Part shown: positions 18,043 to 29,227 of the stretch, one piece after another
Layout of the letters: each line of letters starts with the position of its first letter
Position numbering within the stretch: the first letter of the stretch is position 1
Origin: Limisphaerales bacterium
GTDB taxonomy: Bacteria > Verrucomicrobiota > Verrucomicrobiia > Limisphaerales > JAHDYP01
NCBI GenBank assembly: GCA_049451415.1
Contig: JBMTVN010000002.1
Span: 1-46,434 of the forward strand
Reading direction: 5' to 3'
Length of the DNA stretch: 46,434 nt
Notes under the pieces: generated by a model
What the model saw: the letters and a program-made list of their open reading frames with translations, nothing else
Told to the model about the DNA's origin: nothing
Database searches by the model: none
Translations under genes and position numbers: made by a program

Positions 18043-18137
18043 GCTGGGGGCGGATCACGTTTCTCTAAAGCCCAGTCAAAGTTGTTATTCATTAATCGCG
18101 GGAGAGTCAAAAGCTCGCTTGCACCGCAAATCGGAAA

Positions 18138-18842
18138 ATGCCCAGTAAGAGATACAAAAAAGCATTGGCAATGGTGAATGCAAGTCGTGCCTACACGCTT
18201 CAGGAAGCCATTGAGTTGATCGGCAAGATGCCTCGTGCAAAGTTCAACGAGACCATTGATCTTTCGTTCAGGCTCGGTGTTGACCCTCGTCAATCTGACC
18301 AAATGGTTCGTGGAACCGTGGCCTTGCCGCACGGCAGTGGTAAATCGGTGAGGGTGGTGGTGTTCGCCAAGAACGATACCCCTGCTGCAGAGGCTGCCAA
18401 AGCTGCCGGCGCCGTTGAGGTGGGTTTCGAGGAACTGATCAAGAAATGTCAGGACGGTTGGTGTGATTTCGACGTGGCTGTAGCCACGCCCGAGGCCATG
18501 ATCGAGGTTCGTAAGCTGGGTAAAGTTCTGGGTCCGCGCGGTTTGATGCCGAACCCGAAGACGGGCACAGTGACAGACGATACTGCCAAGGCCGTCAAAG
18601 AGTTTCAGGCCGGCCGTGTTGAGTTCAAGATCGACAAGACTTCCAACTTGCATGTCGTTGTTGGCAAGACGGGTTTCACGCAAGACCAGTTGTTGGAGAA
18701 CGCAAGTGCAGTGGTTGGCGCAGTGAATAAGGCGAAGCCTTCGGGGGCTAGGGGTATTTATCTGCGGTCTTGCACGCTGTCGGCAACCATGAGCCCACCG
18801 GTTAAAATTGATTTGAAAAGTGTGGGCACGGTCGCGGCTTAA
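18138..18842 (+). CDS. rplA: 50S ribosomal protein L1
   Basis: Blocks [34 protein letters not shown] and [16 protein letters not shown]. Confidence 0.97.
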   Translation: MPSKRYKKALAMVNASRAYTLQEAIELIGKMPRAKFNETIDLSFRLGVDPRQSDQMVRGTVALPHGSGKSVRVVVFAKNDTPAAEAAKAAGAVEVGFEELIKKCQDGWCDFDVAVATPEAMIEVRKLGKVLGPRGLMPNPKTGTVTDDTAKAVKEFQAGRVEFKIDKTSNLHVVVGKTGFTQDQLLENASAVVGAVNKAKPSGARGIYLRSCTLSATMSPPVKIDLKSVGTVAA

Positions 18843-18862
18843 CCTTCAATACCCTTAATTTC

Positions 18863-19390
18863 ATGCGCGCTGAGAAAAAGTTTATTACGCAGGAGTACCT
18901 GGACCGGCTGAACGTTTCGCCGTTCTTCATTGTGGTCGATTACCAGGGGCTGGCCGTTACTCAGTTCACGGAGCTGCGCAAACAGCTTCGGCAGACTGGT
19001 GCTGAACTGCACGTGGTCAAGAACACCATTTTCCGAGCCGCCGCAAAAGAGGCTGGCATTGAAGATCTCGGTCCCGGTCTGTTTGGCCAGATCGCCGTCG
19101 TGACGGGCCAAAAAGATGTTTCTGCGGCCGCCAAAATCGTCAAGAAGTTCGAAACCGAGTTCGAGAAGCCGAAGCTGCGCTTTGGTTATTTGGACAATGA
19201 GCGGCTGGAGCTCGAAGCCCTCCGGACTTTGGCCGACCTGCCGCCTCTCGACACCTTGCGTGGGAAGCTGTTGGGCACCCTCTTGGCTCCGGCTCAGAAC
19301 TTGGTGCGTCTCGCCGCCACCCCGGCCACCCAACTTGCCCAGGTCCTCAAGGCCAAGCAGGAGAAGGACGAGAAAAGCGCTGCTGCCTAA
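18863..19390 (+). CDS. rplJ: 50S ribosomal protein L10
   Basis: FIVVDYQGLAVTQFTELRKQLRQTGAELHVVKNT, located between rplA and rplL. Confidence 0.95.
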   Translation: MRAEKKFITQEYLDRLNVSPFFIVVDYQGLAVTQFTELRKQLRQTGAELHVVKNTIFRAAAKEAGIEDLGPGLFGQIAVVTGQKDVSAAAKIVKKFETEFEKPKLRFGYLDNERLELEALRTLADLPPLDTLRGKLLGTLLAPAQNLVRLAATPATQLAQVLKAKQEKDEKSAAA

Positions 19391-19537
19391 GGCTCGGCGT
19401 CGATAGAATTTCCCAACTCGCTGGTTTTGGCGATGCGGGGAGAAGAAAAACAGAAAACAATAAAGTAAATCGTCGATCGGTCGGCTGCCGGTTTAAATCT
19501 CCTGGGGCTCTGGGAGGCGACGAGACTGTGAGGAAAC

Positions 19538-19927
19538 ATGGCTGACATCGCTAAAATCGTAGATGAACTGAGTGGTCTTACCGTCCTGGAAGTGGCGGAT
19601 TTGGTGAAGCAACTTGAGGAGAAATGGGGCGTTAGCGCCGCTGCTCCTGTGGCTGTTGCCGCCGTCGCTGGTGGGGCTGCCGCTGGTGGCGCTCCCGCAG
19701 CCGAAGCCAAGACGTCCTTCGACGTCGTTCTGGCTTCTGCCGCTCCTGACAAGAAGATTGCCGTCATTAAGGCTGTTCGCGAGCTGAAGGCCGGCTTGGG
19801 TCTGGCCGAGGCCAAGGCGCTGGTTGAAGGCGCTCCGAAGGCCGTGCTGGAAGGCGTTGAAAAAGACGAAGCTGAAGCTGCCAAGAAGAAGCTTGAGGAA
19901 GCTGGTGGCAAGGTTGAGTTGAAGTAA
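19538..19927 (+). CDS. rplL: 50S ribosomal protein L7/L12
   Basis: [26 protein letters not shown], an Ala-rich hinge, then [29 protein letters not shown]. Confidence 0.97.
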   Translation: MADIAKIVDELSGLTVLEVADLVKQLEEKWGVSAAAPVAVAAVAGGAAAGGAPAAEAKTSFDVVLASAAPDKKIAVIKAVRELKAGLGLAEAKALVEGAPKAVLEGVEKDEAEAAKKKLEEAGGKVELK

Positions 19928-19939
19928 GTTACTAAGGGT

Positions 19940-19974
19940 AAGCTTGGTGACGGTATGATGCCGTCACCAAGCTT
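19940..19974 (+). promoter_or_regulatory. attenuator/terminator-like hairpin between rplL and rpoB
   Basis: Perfect 14-bp inverted repeat AAGCTTGGTGACGG (19940-19953) / CCGTCACCAAGCTT (19961-19974) with a 7-nt loop, 13 nt after the rplL stop. There is no clear U-tract, only a TTT several nt downstream. Confidence 0.45.
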
Positions 19975-20142
19975 GTCCGCCTTTGGACGAACCAAAGATT
20001 GGTGCAGGAAGAGTATTATCGGGGTTAGAGTGTGGGTTGAATGCCGCGAGGTTCTGGGTGGGCCCCAGTGCCGGCGGCATAGTGTCGTTTAATTCAAGAC
20101 CGAACCGGCCGACTTCAATGTCGGCCCCAGCAAAAGGCAAAC

Positions 20143-23100
20143 ATGGCATCGCGAGTAGCTGAACGGATCAACTTTGGGAGAATTAAGGAAGTCGTTGCTC
20201 CCCCCAACCTGATTGAGATTCAGGTCGACTCCTACATTGAGTTCCTCCAGTTAGATGTCCCGCCTTCGAAGCGCAAGAATCTGGGGCTGCAGGCGGTTTT
20301 TACGGAGGTTTTTCCGATCGAGAGTTACGACGGCAAGATTGTTTTGGATTTCCACAGCTACGAGATTGGTGATCCCAAGCTGACATGGCTGGAGTGTTTG
20401 CGGGAGGGCATCACTTTCGGCGCTCCTCTGCATGTGACCTTTCACTTGAAGGATGAGAAGGGGACGAAGGAGGAGAAGGTGTTCATGGGCGAGCTGCCCT
20501 TGATGACGCCGCAGGGAACCTTTGTCATCAATGGTGCTGAGCGCGTCATTGTGAGTCAGCTGCACCGCTCACCGGGCTTGGCGTTTGAGGAAACGATTCA
20601 CCCTAACGGCAAACGGCTGCACTCGTTCAGGATTATTCCTGATCGCGGGTCCTGGTATGAGGCCCAATTCGACACGAGCGATATGCTCTATGTCTACCTG
20701 GACAGGAAGAAGCGTCGCCGCAAGTTTTTGACCACCACCTTCTTCCGGGCGCTTGGATACGGATCCGATCAGGATATTCTAGGTCTCTTCTACGACTTGG
20801 AGACTGTGAGTGTTAAGGCCGCGGAGGCCATGGAGGACTTGCAGAACAAAGTCCTCGTTCAGGACGCCGTTGACGAGGACAAGGGTATTGTGGTTGGCCG
20901 TGCGTTCGAGCCGTTGTCCAAGGCCGTCATTCGCCAGATCGCTGATCTCGGAATCACAAAGATCAAGGTCGTGGACACGTCCGTCGATGACGGAATTATC
21001 GTCAAGTGCCTGAAGAAAGACCCGGCCCGAGATGAGGACGAGGCCTTGAAGGACATTTATCGTCGTTTGCGCCCTGGGGATCCCCCGACTCCGGCCAACG
21101 CGCGTGCCCTGATCAAACGGCTGTTTTTCGACGCCAAGCGCTATGACCTGGGTCGCGTGGGCCGTTACAAGATCAATCAGAAACTCGGGCTGCCGGCGGA
21201 TAACGAATCCCGTATCCTGACCAAGGAAGATCTGGTTGCTGCCACCAAGTATTTGCTCCGGCTCAAACAAGGGGAGGGGAGTCTCGACGATATCGACCAT
21301 TTAGGCAGCCGCCGGGTGCGTACGGTTGGTGAACTTTTGGCTAATCAGTGCCGCGTCGGTCTTGCCCGAACGGAACGTCTGGTCAAGGAGCGCATGACGC
21401 TGTTCGACCAATCGGTCGACACCATGACTCCGCAGAAGCTGATTAACCCGAAAGCACTGTCGGCGGTCGTGCGTGACTTCTTTGGCCGCAGCCAGCTGTC
21501 TCAGTTCATGGACCAGATCAATCCTCTGGCCGAGCTCACGCCCAAGCGGAGATTGTCGGCACTTGGGCCTGGTGGCCTTTCTCGTGACCGTGCCGGGTTC
21601 GAGGTTCGTGACGTTCATCCCTCCCACTACGGCCGTATTTGTCCGGTTGAAACTCCGGAAGGACCGAACATCGGCTTGATCGCGTCACTTGCGACGTTTG
21701 CCCGGGTCAATGACTTCGGGTTCATCGAGACTCCCTACCGCAAAGTAGAGAAGGGGAGGGTGACCGCTCACCTCGATTACCTGACAGCCGACCGTGAGGA
21801 ACAATATATCATTGCGCAGGCTAACGCTCCGATCGATGAAAAGGGGCACTTCTTGAATGAGCGCGTGATGTGCCGGAGCAAGGGCGACTTCATTGATGTT
21901 GAACCTCCCCACGTGCATTACATGGATGTGTCGCCCAAGCAGCTCGTTTCTGTGGCTGCCGGTTTGATTCCCTTCCTTGAGCATGACGATGCGAACCGTG
22001 CCTTGATGGGTTCAAACATGCAGCGGCAAGCTGTTCCTTTGCTGGTGACTGAAGCTCCTTTGGTTGCCACGGGCCTCGAAGACCGGGTCGCCCGCGACTC
22101 CTGCGCCGTCATCGTGGCTACTGATCCCGGCAAGGTTGCTTCTGTTACCGGTGACCAGATTATTGTCACCAGCGATGGCAAGCTGCCGGAAGGCAAGAAG
22201 AAGATCAAACACGACCCTGAGAACGGTGTTTGGATCTACCACGTGCGCAAGTTCATGCGGTCGAACGCTGCCACATGCATCAACCAGAAAATTCTGGTGG
22301 GCAAGGGTGACACGATCAAGAAAGGCCAGGTCCTTGCTGACGGTCCCTGCACGGAGAACGGCGAGCTTTCATTGGGCCGCAACGTGCTGGTGGCCTTCAT
22401 GCCCTGGAACGGTTACAACTTCGAGGACGCCATCCTCATCAGTGAGCGCATCGTCAAGGACGACATTTACACCTCCATTCACATCGATGAGTTTGAAGTG
22501 AATGCCCGCGATACCAAGCTCGGGCCTGAAGAAATCACCCGGGACATTCCGAATCTTGGGGAAGAGGCGCTCAAGAATTTGGGCCTCGACGGTGTCATTC
22601 GAATTGGTGCTGAGGTCAAGCCCGGTGACATCCTGGTCGGTAAGATCACGCCGAAGAGCGAAACGGAGCTGGCTCCTGAGGAGCGGCTGCTGCGCGCGAT
22701 CTTTGGCGAGAAAGCCGCCGATGTTAAGGACACCTCCCTCAAGGTCCCCTCGGGCACTTATGGCATCGTGATGGATGTCAAAGTCTCCGCAAAGAAGGAG
22801 GCGGACCGAGCTGCTCGCGTATCCGTTGGAGAGGCCAAGAAGCACGCCAAGCAGGTTGAGGAAGAGTACCGTAGTAAAATGGATGAGCTGCGGGAGCAGC
22901 TGACAGAGGCGTTAAGCAACATTTTGCTCGGCGAGAAGATCCCTCTCGACGTGGTGAATTCCGAGACCGGCGAGATTATCATCCCAGCCAACAGGAAAAT
23001 CACCAAGACGCTGCTGCGAAAGCTGGCTGCGGTCTATGACCGGATTGAGATCGATCCCTCGCCGATCCGCAACAAGATCAACGAGATCATTGGGAGCTTC

Positions 23101-23964
23101 AAAAAGAAGTTCGAGGATCTCCAGATGCAGCACGACGAGGAGCGGGAGCGCATGGAATCCGGCGACGAGATCGACAGTGGAGTCATCAAGTCCGTTAAGG
23201 TTTACATTGCCTCCAAGCGTAAGCTTTCGGTGGGTGATAAAATGGCCGGTCGCCATGGTAACAAGGGTGTTGTCGCGAAGATTGTTCCCGAGGAAGACAT
23301 GCCGTTTGTTGCTGACGGGACACCGGTTGACATCGTTTTGAACCCGCTGGGTGTGCCTTCGCGTATGAATGTCGGACAGGTTCTGGAGACTCACCTGGGG
23401 TGGGCTGCCAAGCTTCTCGGACTGAAATTCGCCACGCCGGTTTTTGACGGCATCAAGGAGAAGGAAATTCGAGGCTACCTGAAGGAGGCCGGGCTTCCTG
23501 AGCATGCCAAGACCATCTTGTTTGACGGCCGCACTGGTGAGTCGTTTGACCAGGAGGTCGTAGTAGGTTTCATTTACATGATGAAGCTGGGGCATCTTGT
23601 CGCCGACAAGATCCACGCCCGTGCAGTCGGGCCTTACTCGCTGGTCACCCAGCAGCCGTTGGGTGGCAAAGCCCAGTATGGCGGCCAAAGGTTTGGGGAA
23701 ATGGAAGTGTGGGCAATGGAGGCCTACGGGGCGGCCTACACACTTCAGGAGTTGCTCACCGTAAAATCCGACGATGTTCAAGGTAGGACACGGATTTACG
23801 AAAGCATTGTTAAGGGTGACAACGCACTGGATGCCGGGGTTCCGGAGTCCTTCAACGTGCTTGTCAAAGAGATGCAGTCACTGGGCATGGATGTGAAAGT
23901 CGGATACTCCAATCCGACAGACCAGCCTACCACGCCCACTAGCGCACTTGAGGCACTCGGATAA
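20143..23964 (+). CDS. rpoB: DNA-directed RNA polymerase subunit beta
   Basis: 1273-aa ORF with canonical beta blocks [49 protein letters not shown] and [13 protein letters not shown]. Confidence 0.99.
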   Translation: MASRVAERINFGRIKEVVAPPNLIEIQVDSYIEFLQLDVPPSKRKNLGLQAVFTEVFPIESYDGKIVLDFHSYEIGDPKLTWLECLREGITFGAPLHVTFHLKDEKGTKEEKVFMGELPLMTPQGTFVINGAERVIVSQLHRSPGLAFEETIHPNGKRLHSFRIIPDRGSWYEAQFDTSDMLYVYLDRKKRRRKFLTTTFFRALGYGSDQDILGLFYDLETVSVKAAEAMEDLQNKVLVQDAVDEDKGIVVGRAFEPLSKAVIRQIADLGITKIKVVDTSVDDGIIVKCLKKDPARDEDEALKDIYRRLRPGDPPTPANARALIKRLFFDAKRYDLGRVGRYKINQKLGLPADNESRILTKEDLVAATKYLLRLKQGEGSLDDIDHLGSRRVRTVGELLANQCRVGLARTERLVKERMTLFDQSVDTMTPQKLINPKALSAVVRDFFGRSQLSQFMDQINPLAELTPKRRLSALGPGGLSRDRAGFEVRDVHPSHYGRICPVETPEGPNIGLIASLATFARVNDFGFIETPYRKVEKGRVTAHLDYLTADREEQYIIAQANAPIDEKGHFLNERVMCRSKGDFIDVEPPHVHYMDVSPKQLVSVAAGLIPFLEHDDANRALMGSNMQRQAVPLLVTEAPLVATGLEDRVARDSCAVIVATDPGKVASVTGDQIIVTSDGKLPEGKKKIKHDPENGVWIYHVRKFMRSNAATCINQKILVGKGDTIKKGQVLADGPCTENGELSLGRNVLVAFMPWNGYNFEDAILISERIVKDDIYTSIHIDEFEVNARDTKLGPEEITRDIPNLGEEALKNLGLDGVIRIGAEVKPGDILVGKITPKSETELAPEERLLRAIFGEKAADVKDTSLKVPSGTYGIVMDVKVSAKKEADRAARVSVGEAKKHAKQVEEEYRSKMDELREQLTEALSNILLGEKIPLDVVNSETGEIIIPANRKITKTLLRKLAAVYDRIEIDPSPIRNKINEIIGSFKKKFEDLQMQHDEERERMESGDEIDSGVIKSVKVYIASKRKLSVGDKMAGRHGNKGVVAKIVPEEDMPFVADGTPVDIVLNPLGVPSRMNVGQVLETHLGWAAKLLGLKFATPVFDGIKEKEIRGYLKEAGLPEHAKTILFDGRTGESFDQEVVVGFIYMMKLGHLVADKIHARAVGPYSLVTQQPLGGKAQYGGQRFGEMEVWAMEAYGAAYTLQELLTVKSDDVQGRTRIYESIVKGDNALDAGVPESFNVLVKEMQSLGMDVKVGYSNPTDQPTTPTSALEALG

Positions 23965-23994
23965 TTCAACGGCGTCCACCATCGAAATCAATCT

Positions 23995-26900
23995 ATGATC
24001 AGCACGAACGAATCCGCCCGCGAACTGCTGGGGCTCGATACAGTCAACCTGGTGGACTATGTGTCCATCACCATCGCGTCCCCGGAAACCATCAGGTCGT
24101 GGTCCAAGGGCGAGGTCAAGAATCCGGAAACCATCAATTACCGGACGTTCAAGCCCGAGAAGGGTGGTCTCTTCTGCGAGCGCATTTTCGGTCCCGTCAA
24201 GGACTGGGAGTGTTCCTGCGGGAAGTACAAGCGCATCAAGCACCGTGGTGTTGTCTGTGACAGGTGCGGTGTCGAGGTGACCCTATCCAGGGTGCGGCGT
24301 GAACGCATGGGGCATATTGAGTTGGCCGTTCCCGTCAGCCATATCTGGTTCTTCAAGTGCATGCCTTCCCGCATTGGCCTAGTGCTTGATATGACTGCCC
24401 GCAACTTGGAGCGCGTAATCTATTATGAGGATTACATGGTGATCGATCCGGGGCAGACCGCCCTGACGCTGCACCAGCTGCTGAGCGAGAGCGAATACCG
24501 CGAGGCGAAGCAGACCTACGGAGCGGACGCCTTCGTGGCCAAGATGGGAGCCGAGGCGGTTCGCGAGGGCTTGGCCCAAGTCGATCTGAATGACCAGATT
24601 GATCAGCTTCAGGCGGCGATGCAGGAAACCAAGAGCAAGCAGATCCGCAAGAAGATTTCCAAGCGGATCAAGCTGTTCCAAGGTTTCCTGTCCTCGAAGT
24701 CCCGTCCTGAGTGGATGATACTCACGGTGCTTCCCGTGATCCCCCCTGACCTGCGCCCGCTGGTGCCGCTCGAGGGTGGTCGTTTTGCGACGTCGGACCT
24801 CAATGACCTTTATCGACGTGTGATCAACCGGAACAACCGGTTGAAGAACCTGCTGCAGCTCAAAACACCGGAAGTGATTATCCGCAATGAGAAGCGCATG
24901 CTGCAGGAGGCCGTTGACGCGTTGTTTGACAATGGGCGTCATGGGCGTCCGGTGACCGGCGCGGGTAACCGTGCGCTTAAATCGCTGAGCGACATGCTCA
25001 AGGGTAAGAGCGGCCGCTTCCGGCAAAACCTGCTCGGCAAACGCGTAGACTACTCCGGTCGTTCGGTGATCGTCATCGGCCCTGAGCTCAAGCTCAGCCA
25101 ATGCGGTCTTCCCAAGAAGATGGCGCTGGTGCTCTTTGAGCCCTTCATCATTCGTCGGCTGAAGGAACTCGGCTATGTCCATACCGTCCGGTCAGCGAAG
25201 AAGATGATCGAGCGGCAGTCCGCCGAGGTGTGGGATATCCTGGAAGAGGTGACGAAGGGGCACCCGGTGCTGTTGAATCGTGCGCCGACCCTGCACCGTC
25301 TCTCGATCCAGGCGTTTGAGCCGGTGTTGATCGAGGGTGAGGCCATCCGGGTTCATCCAATGGTTTGCACGGCGTATAATGCGGACTTTGACGGCGACCA
25401 AATGGCTGTGCACGTCCCGTTATCGGTTGAGGCCCAGATGGAAGCCCGTCTGCTCATGATGGCCCCGCTGAATATCTTCAGTCCTTCGAGCGGCAAGCCC
25501 ATCATGACCCCAACCCAGGACATTACGCTGGGTTGCTACTACCTCACTACGAATCCACGTGAGCCTTTGCCTACCGAAGGTGGCAAGCGGCTGAAGTTGT
25601 TCGGTAGCCGCAATGAGGTTCTTTTCGCTTATCTCGACGGGGCCGTGCGCAAGCACGAGTGGATTCGTTTGGCCAATCCCGACTTGGGACGCAAGACCGT
25701 CTATGGTGTTCAGGACAAGAAGATCCTCGAGACCACTGTTGGACGCGTCATTTTCAGCGAGATTTGGCCGCCTGAGCTAGGTTTCAATAACCGTCAGGTA
25801 GGCAAAGGTCAGCTGGGTGACATGATTTGGCAGTGCTACAAAGTATGCGGTCATGAGCAGACTGTCCACATGCTTGACCGGCTCAAGGAATTCGGCTTCC
25901 AGGAAGCAACCCGGGCAGGTGTCTCGATCGGCATCGACGACATGATCATTCCCAAAGAGAAGGATCAGGAAATTCAGGCTTCACAGAAGCAGATCGCCGA
26001 GGTCGAGAAGCAGTATCGCAAGGGTATCATCACCCCGGGCGAGCGTTACAATAAGATCGTAGACATCTGGACGCACTGCACCGACCAGATTTCGGCGGTT
26101 ATGCTGCGCACACTCGAGCGCAACCAAAACAAGAAGGAATTCAATCCTGTCTGGCTCATGGTTGACTCAGGTGCCCGTGGTAACAAGGCTCAGGTTCGCC
26201 AGTTGGCAGGTGTCCGCGGTCTTATGGCGAAACCCTCGGGTGATATCATCGAGAAGCCGATTTTGTCGAACTTCCGCGAAGGTCTCACCGTGTTGGAATA
26301 CTTCATTTCGACTCACGGCGCTCGTAAAGGTTTGGCAGACACCGCACTCAAGACGGCCGACTCGGGTTACATGACCCGAAAACTCGTGGATGTTGCCCAA
26401 GACGTCATCGTCAGGGAGGACGATTGCGGGACCACCAATGGTATTTGGGTTAGCGCAATCTACGAGGGCGAAGACGAGGTGGTGAAGCTGAGCGACCGTA
26501 TCGTAGGCCGCATCGCTTGCGATGACATCAGTGAGCCCTTGGATCCGAAGCAGAAGATCATTCGTGCGAACGAAGAGATCGACGAGGTCAAGGCGAAGGC
26601 GATCGAGGCAGCCGGGGTGGAGAAGATTCGTATCCGCTCCGTGCTGACCTGCGAGTGCCGCTATGGTCTCTGCATCATGTGCTACGGCCGGAATCTTGCG
26701 ACAGGGGCGCTGGTTCGACAGGGAGAAGCCGTGGGTATTGTGGCTGCCCAGTCCATTGGCGAGCCCGGAACCCAGCTCACGATGCGTACGTTCCACATCG
26801 GAGGTACTGCCTCACAGGTATTTAAGCAGCCGCAGATCAAGGCTCGTTACGACGGTACTGTCCGCTACAACGAGTTGCGTATCGTGCAGCTCGATGACGG

Positions 26901-28146
26901 AAGCAATATCGTTCTGAACAAGAACGGGACCGTGTCGGTCCTTGGTGAGGACGGCCGGGAGCTCGAGGTCCACAACGTTGTAATCGGTTCCGTCATCTCC
27001 GTTGCTAACGGAGGCAAAGTCGGGAAGGGCGAAACGTTTGTGCAATGGGATCCTTATAACGTTCCGATTCTGTCTGAAAAGGCCGGACGAATCCGGTTCC
27101 ACGATATCATCGAGGGCGTGACCATGAAGCAGGAAGTCGACGAGACGACCGGGCAGGAAGCCATGGTTATCGTCGAACACAAGGAAGACCTGCACCCGCA
27201 AATTATTATTCAGGACAAAGCGGGCGAGGTGGTGGCGAGCTATCCTATTCCTTCCGGCGCACATATCGTGGTGGAGGAGGGGGATCAGATTGTGGCGGGA
27301 ACCCTGATGGCGAAAACGCCTCGTCGTGTCACCAAGACGAAGGATATTACCGGCGGTTTGCCGCGTGTCGCCGAATTGTTCGAGGCTCGTCGTCCCAAGG
27401 ACGCCGCGGAAATCTCGAAAATCGACGGCGTGGTGGATTTCGGTCCCACGGTTCGCGGCAAACGCTGCGTTTTGATCAAGGATACCCAAACCGGTCTGGA
27501 AGAGGAGCACCTGATTCCGATCGGAAAACACGTGATCGTGTTCAAGGGGGACTTCGTCAAGAAGGGGCAGCAGCTCACCGAAGGGCCGATTGTTCCGCAC
27601 GAAGTGCTCGATGTTTGCGGTCCTCAAGAGCTGCAGGAACATTTGGTCAACGAGGTGCAGGAAGTGTATCGCCTCCAAGGTGTCACCATTAACGATAAGC
27701 ACATTGAGATTATCGTGCGGCAGATGCTAAGGAAGGTGCGTATCACTGAGCCTGGCGACACGACATTCCTCTGGGGCGAGCAGATCGATAAGATCAACTT
27801 CGAGGAAGAGAATGAGCGTGTGGAGAAGATGGGTGGTAAGCCGGCAGAGGCCCAGCCTGTCCTCTTGGGTATCACCAAGGCTTCGTTGGAAACCGAGAGC
27901 TTCCTCAGCGCCGCATCATTCCAGGACACAACGCGGGTGCTTACCGACGCTGCCAGCATGGGTCGGATAGATTATCTGCGCGGGTTCAAGGAAAATGTGA
28001 TCATGGGGCATATTATCCCTGCAGGAACGGGCTTCGATCAGCACCGCAAGGTGGCCCTGAAGCCTTTAGTGGAGGTCGCTCCGGAGGAAGAGATCAGTGC
28101 GCCGTCGTCGAGCCAAGAACCAGGCCTGAGCGATTTGCTTTCATAG
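23995..28146 (+). CDS. rpoC: DNA-directed RNA polymerase subunit beta'
   Basis: 1383-aa ORF with the zinc site CSCGKYK...CDRCGVEV, the catalytic NADFDGDQM motif, and [16 protein letters not shown]. Confidence 0.99.
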   Translation: MISTNESARELLGLDTVNLVDYVSITIASPETIRSWSKGEVKNPETINYRTFKPEKGGLFCERIFGPVKDWECSCGKYKRIKHRGVVCDRCGVEVTLSRVRRERMGHIELAVPVSHIWFFKCMPSRIGLVLDMTARNLERVIYYEDYMVIDPGQTALTLHQLLSESEYREAKQTYGADAFVAKMGAEAVREGLAQVDLNDQIDQLQAAMQETKSKQIRKKISKRIKLFQGFLSSKSRPEWMILTVLPVIPPDLRPLVPLEGGRFATSDLNDLYRRVINRNNRLKNLLQLKTPEVIIRNEKRMLQEAVDALFDNGRHGRPVTGAGNRALKSLSDMLKGKSGRFRQNLLGKRVDYSGRSVIVIGPELKLSQCGLPKKMALVLFEPFIIRRLKELGYVHTVRSAKKMIERQSAEVWDILEEVTKGHPVLLNRAPTLHRLSIQAFEPVLIEGEAIRVHPMVCTAYNADFDGDQMAVHVPLSVEAQMEARLLMMAPLNIFSPSSGKPIMTPTQDITLGCYYLTTNPREPLPTEGGKRLKLFGSRNEVLFAYLDGAVRKHEWIRLANPDLGRKTVYGVQDKKILETTVGRVIFSEIWPPELGFNNRQVGKGQLGDMIWQCYKVCGHEQTVHMLDRLKEFGFQEATRAGVSIGIDDMIIPKEKDQEIQASQKQIAEVEKQYRKGIITPGERYNKIVDIWTHCTDQISAVMLRTLERNQNKKEFNPVWLMVDSGARGNKAQVRQLAGVRGLMAKPSGDIIEKPILSNFREGLTVLEYFISTHGARKGLADTALKTADSGYMTRKLVDVAQDVIVREDDCGTTNGIWVSAIYEGEDEVVKLSDRIVGRIACDDISEPLDPKQKIIRANEEIDEVKAKAIEAAGVEKIRIRSVLTCECRYGLCIMCYGRNLATGALVRQGEAVGIVAAQSIGEPGTQLTMRTFHIGGTASQVFKQPQIKARYDGTVRYNELRIVQLDDGSNIVLNKNGTVSVLGEDGRELEVHNVVIGSVISVANGGKVGKGETFVQWDPYNVPILSEKAGRIRFHDIIEGVTMKQEVDETTGQEAMVIVEHKEDLHPQIIIQDKAGEVVASYPIPSGAHIVVEEGDQIVAGTLMAKTPRRVTKTKDITGGLPRVAELFEARRPKDAAEISKIDGVVDFGPTVRGKRCVLIKDTQTGLEEEHLIPIGKHVIVFKGDFVKKGQQLTEGPIVPHEVLDVCGPQELQEHLVNEVQEVYRLQGVTINDKHIEIIVRQMLRKVRITEPGDTTFLWGEQIDKINFEEENERVEKMGGKPAEAQPVLLGITKASLETESFLSAASFQDTTRVLTDAASMGRIDYLRGFKENVIMGHIIPAGTGFDQHRKVALKPLVEVAPEEEISAPSSSQEPGLSDLLS

Positions 28147-28168
28147 AATCTTTTTTTCCAAATACTTG

Positions 28169-28196
28169 TTGCACGGTGAAACGCAGCTGCTATAGT
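28169..28196 (+). promoter_or_regulatory. candidate promoter upstream of rpsL
   Basis: TTGCAC (28169-28174), a 16-nt spacer, then TATAGT (28191-28196), inside the 129-nt rpoC-rpsL gap. A T7 run at 28151-28157 follows the rpoC stop. Confidence 0.3.
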
Positions 28197-28275
28197 CCGC
28201 ACTCCGTTTCGCCGGAAGGGGATGATTAATCCCAAGTTAGTTCGTTAAAGAAACAGATTTATCCGGTTTTTCGCG

Positions 28276-28668
28276 ATGCCGACCATTAATCAACTGGTGC
28301 GAAAAGGGCGTAAAAAGTTGCGCTTTCAATCGAAAGCTCCCGCCCTGGATCGCTGTCCGTTTCGGCGGGGTGTGTGCTTGCAAGTCATGACCCGCACCCC
28401 GAAGAAGCCAAACTCTGCGATGCGTAAAGTAGCCAAGGTGCGTTTGACCAACGGCTACGAAGTCATCGCCTATATCCCTGATGAGGGGCACAACTTGCAG
28501 GAACACTCCATCGTCCTTGTGCGCGGTGGTCGTGTTAAGGACTTGCCCGGTGTGCGTTACCACATCGTCCGCGGCACGCTCGATGCCGGCGGTGTAGAGA
28601 AACGACGTGTAAGCCGGTCGAAATACGGTGTGAAGCGGCCGAAGGAAGCCAAGGCTGGAGCCAAGTAG
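28276..28668 (+). CDS. rpsL: 30S ribosomal protein S12
   Basis: [14 protein letters not shown]...[19 protein letters not shown]...[16 protein letters not shown]. Confidence 0.99.
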   Translation: MPTINQLVRKGRKKLRFQSKAPALDRCPFRRGVCLQVMTRTPKKPNSAMRKVAKVRLTNGYEVIAYIPDEGHNLQEHSIVLVRGGRVKDLPGVRYHIVRGTLDAGGVEKRRVSRSKYGVKRPKEAKAGAK

Positions 28669-28672
28669 GATT

Positions 28673-29146
28673 ATGTCTCGACGACGACAAGCAATAAAGC
28701 GGCCCGTTGTGGCTGACGCTAAATACAAGAGTACCTTGGTTTCGCGTTTGGTCAACGTGGTGATGCAACAGGGCGAAAAGAGTGTGGCGCAACGGATTGT
28801 CTATGGCGCTCTGGATCAAATCGCCCGGAAGAATCAGGCGAGCGATCCCTTGGAAATCCTCCAACGCGCGGTGGACAACGTGAAACCCCGGCTTGAGGTC
28901 AAGGCGCGCCGAGTTGGTGGTGCGACCTACCAGGTTCCCTTGGAGGTTCCGTCCGAGCGTCAGATGGCTTTGGCCATGCGCTGGTTGGTCAAGTTGGCAA
29001 ACGCCCGGAAGGGTGTGCCTGCCAAGCAAGGTTTGGCCATCGAGATTATGGAAGCCTTCCAAGGCCAAGGTAATGCCATCCGAAAACGTGACGAGGTTCA
29101 CAAGATGGCCCAAGCCAACAAGGCTTTCGCCCACTTTCGCTGGTAG
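28673..29146 (+). CDS. rpsG: 30S ribosomal protein S7
   Basis: MSRRRQAIKR...GEKSVAQRIVYGA...EVKARRVGGATYQVP. Confidence 0.98.
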   Translation: MSRRRQAIKRPVVADAKYKSTLVSRLVNVVMQQGEKSVAQRIVYGALDQIARKNQASDPLEILQRAVDNVKPRLEVKARRVGGATYQVPLEVPSERQMALAMRWLVKLANARKGVPAKQGLAIEIMEAFQGQGNAIRKRDEVHKMAQANKAFAHFRW

Positions 29147-29162
29147 CGATTTGGAGCTCCGA

Positions 29163-29196
29163 AAGCGCCCCGACGAGGTTGGACCCCGGGGCGCTT
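29163..29196 (+). other. intergenic GC-rich stem-loop between rpsG and fusA
   Basis: AAGCGCCCCG (29163-29172) pairs with CGGGGCGCTT (29187-29196) around a 14-nt loop. No U-tract; function unknown. Confidence 0.3.
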
Positions 29197-29227
29197 GTCG
29201 TCTCCTGTGATTTAGAAAATTTTAGCA

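Noticed and set aside
22912-27702. Several 260-300-aa minus-strand ORFs (22912..23781, 24379..25182, 26812..27702)
   Set aside because: All are antisense within rpoB/rpoC, and none has a recognisable domain.
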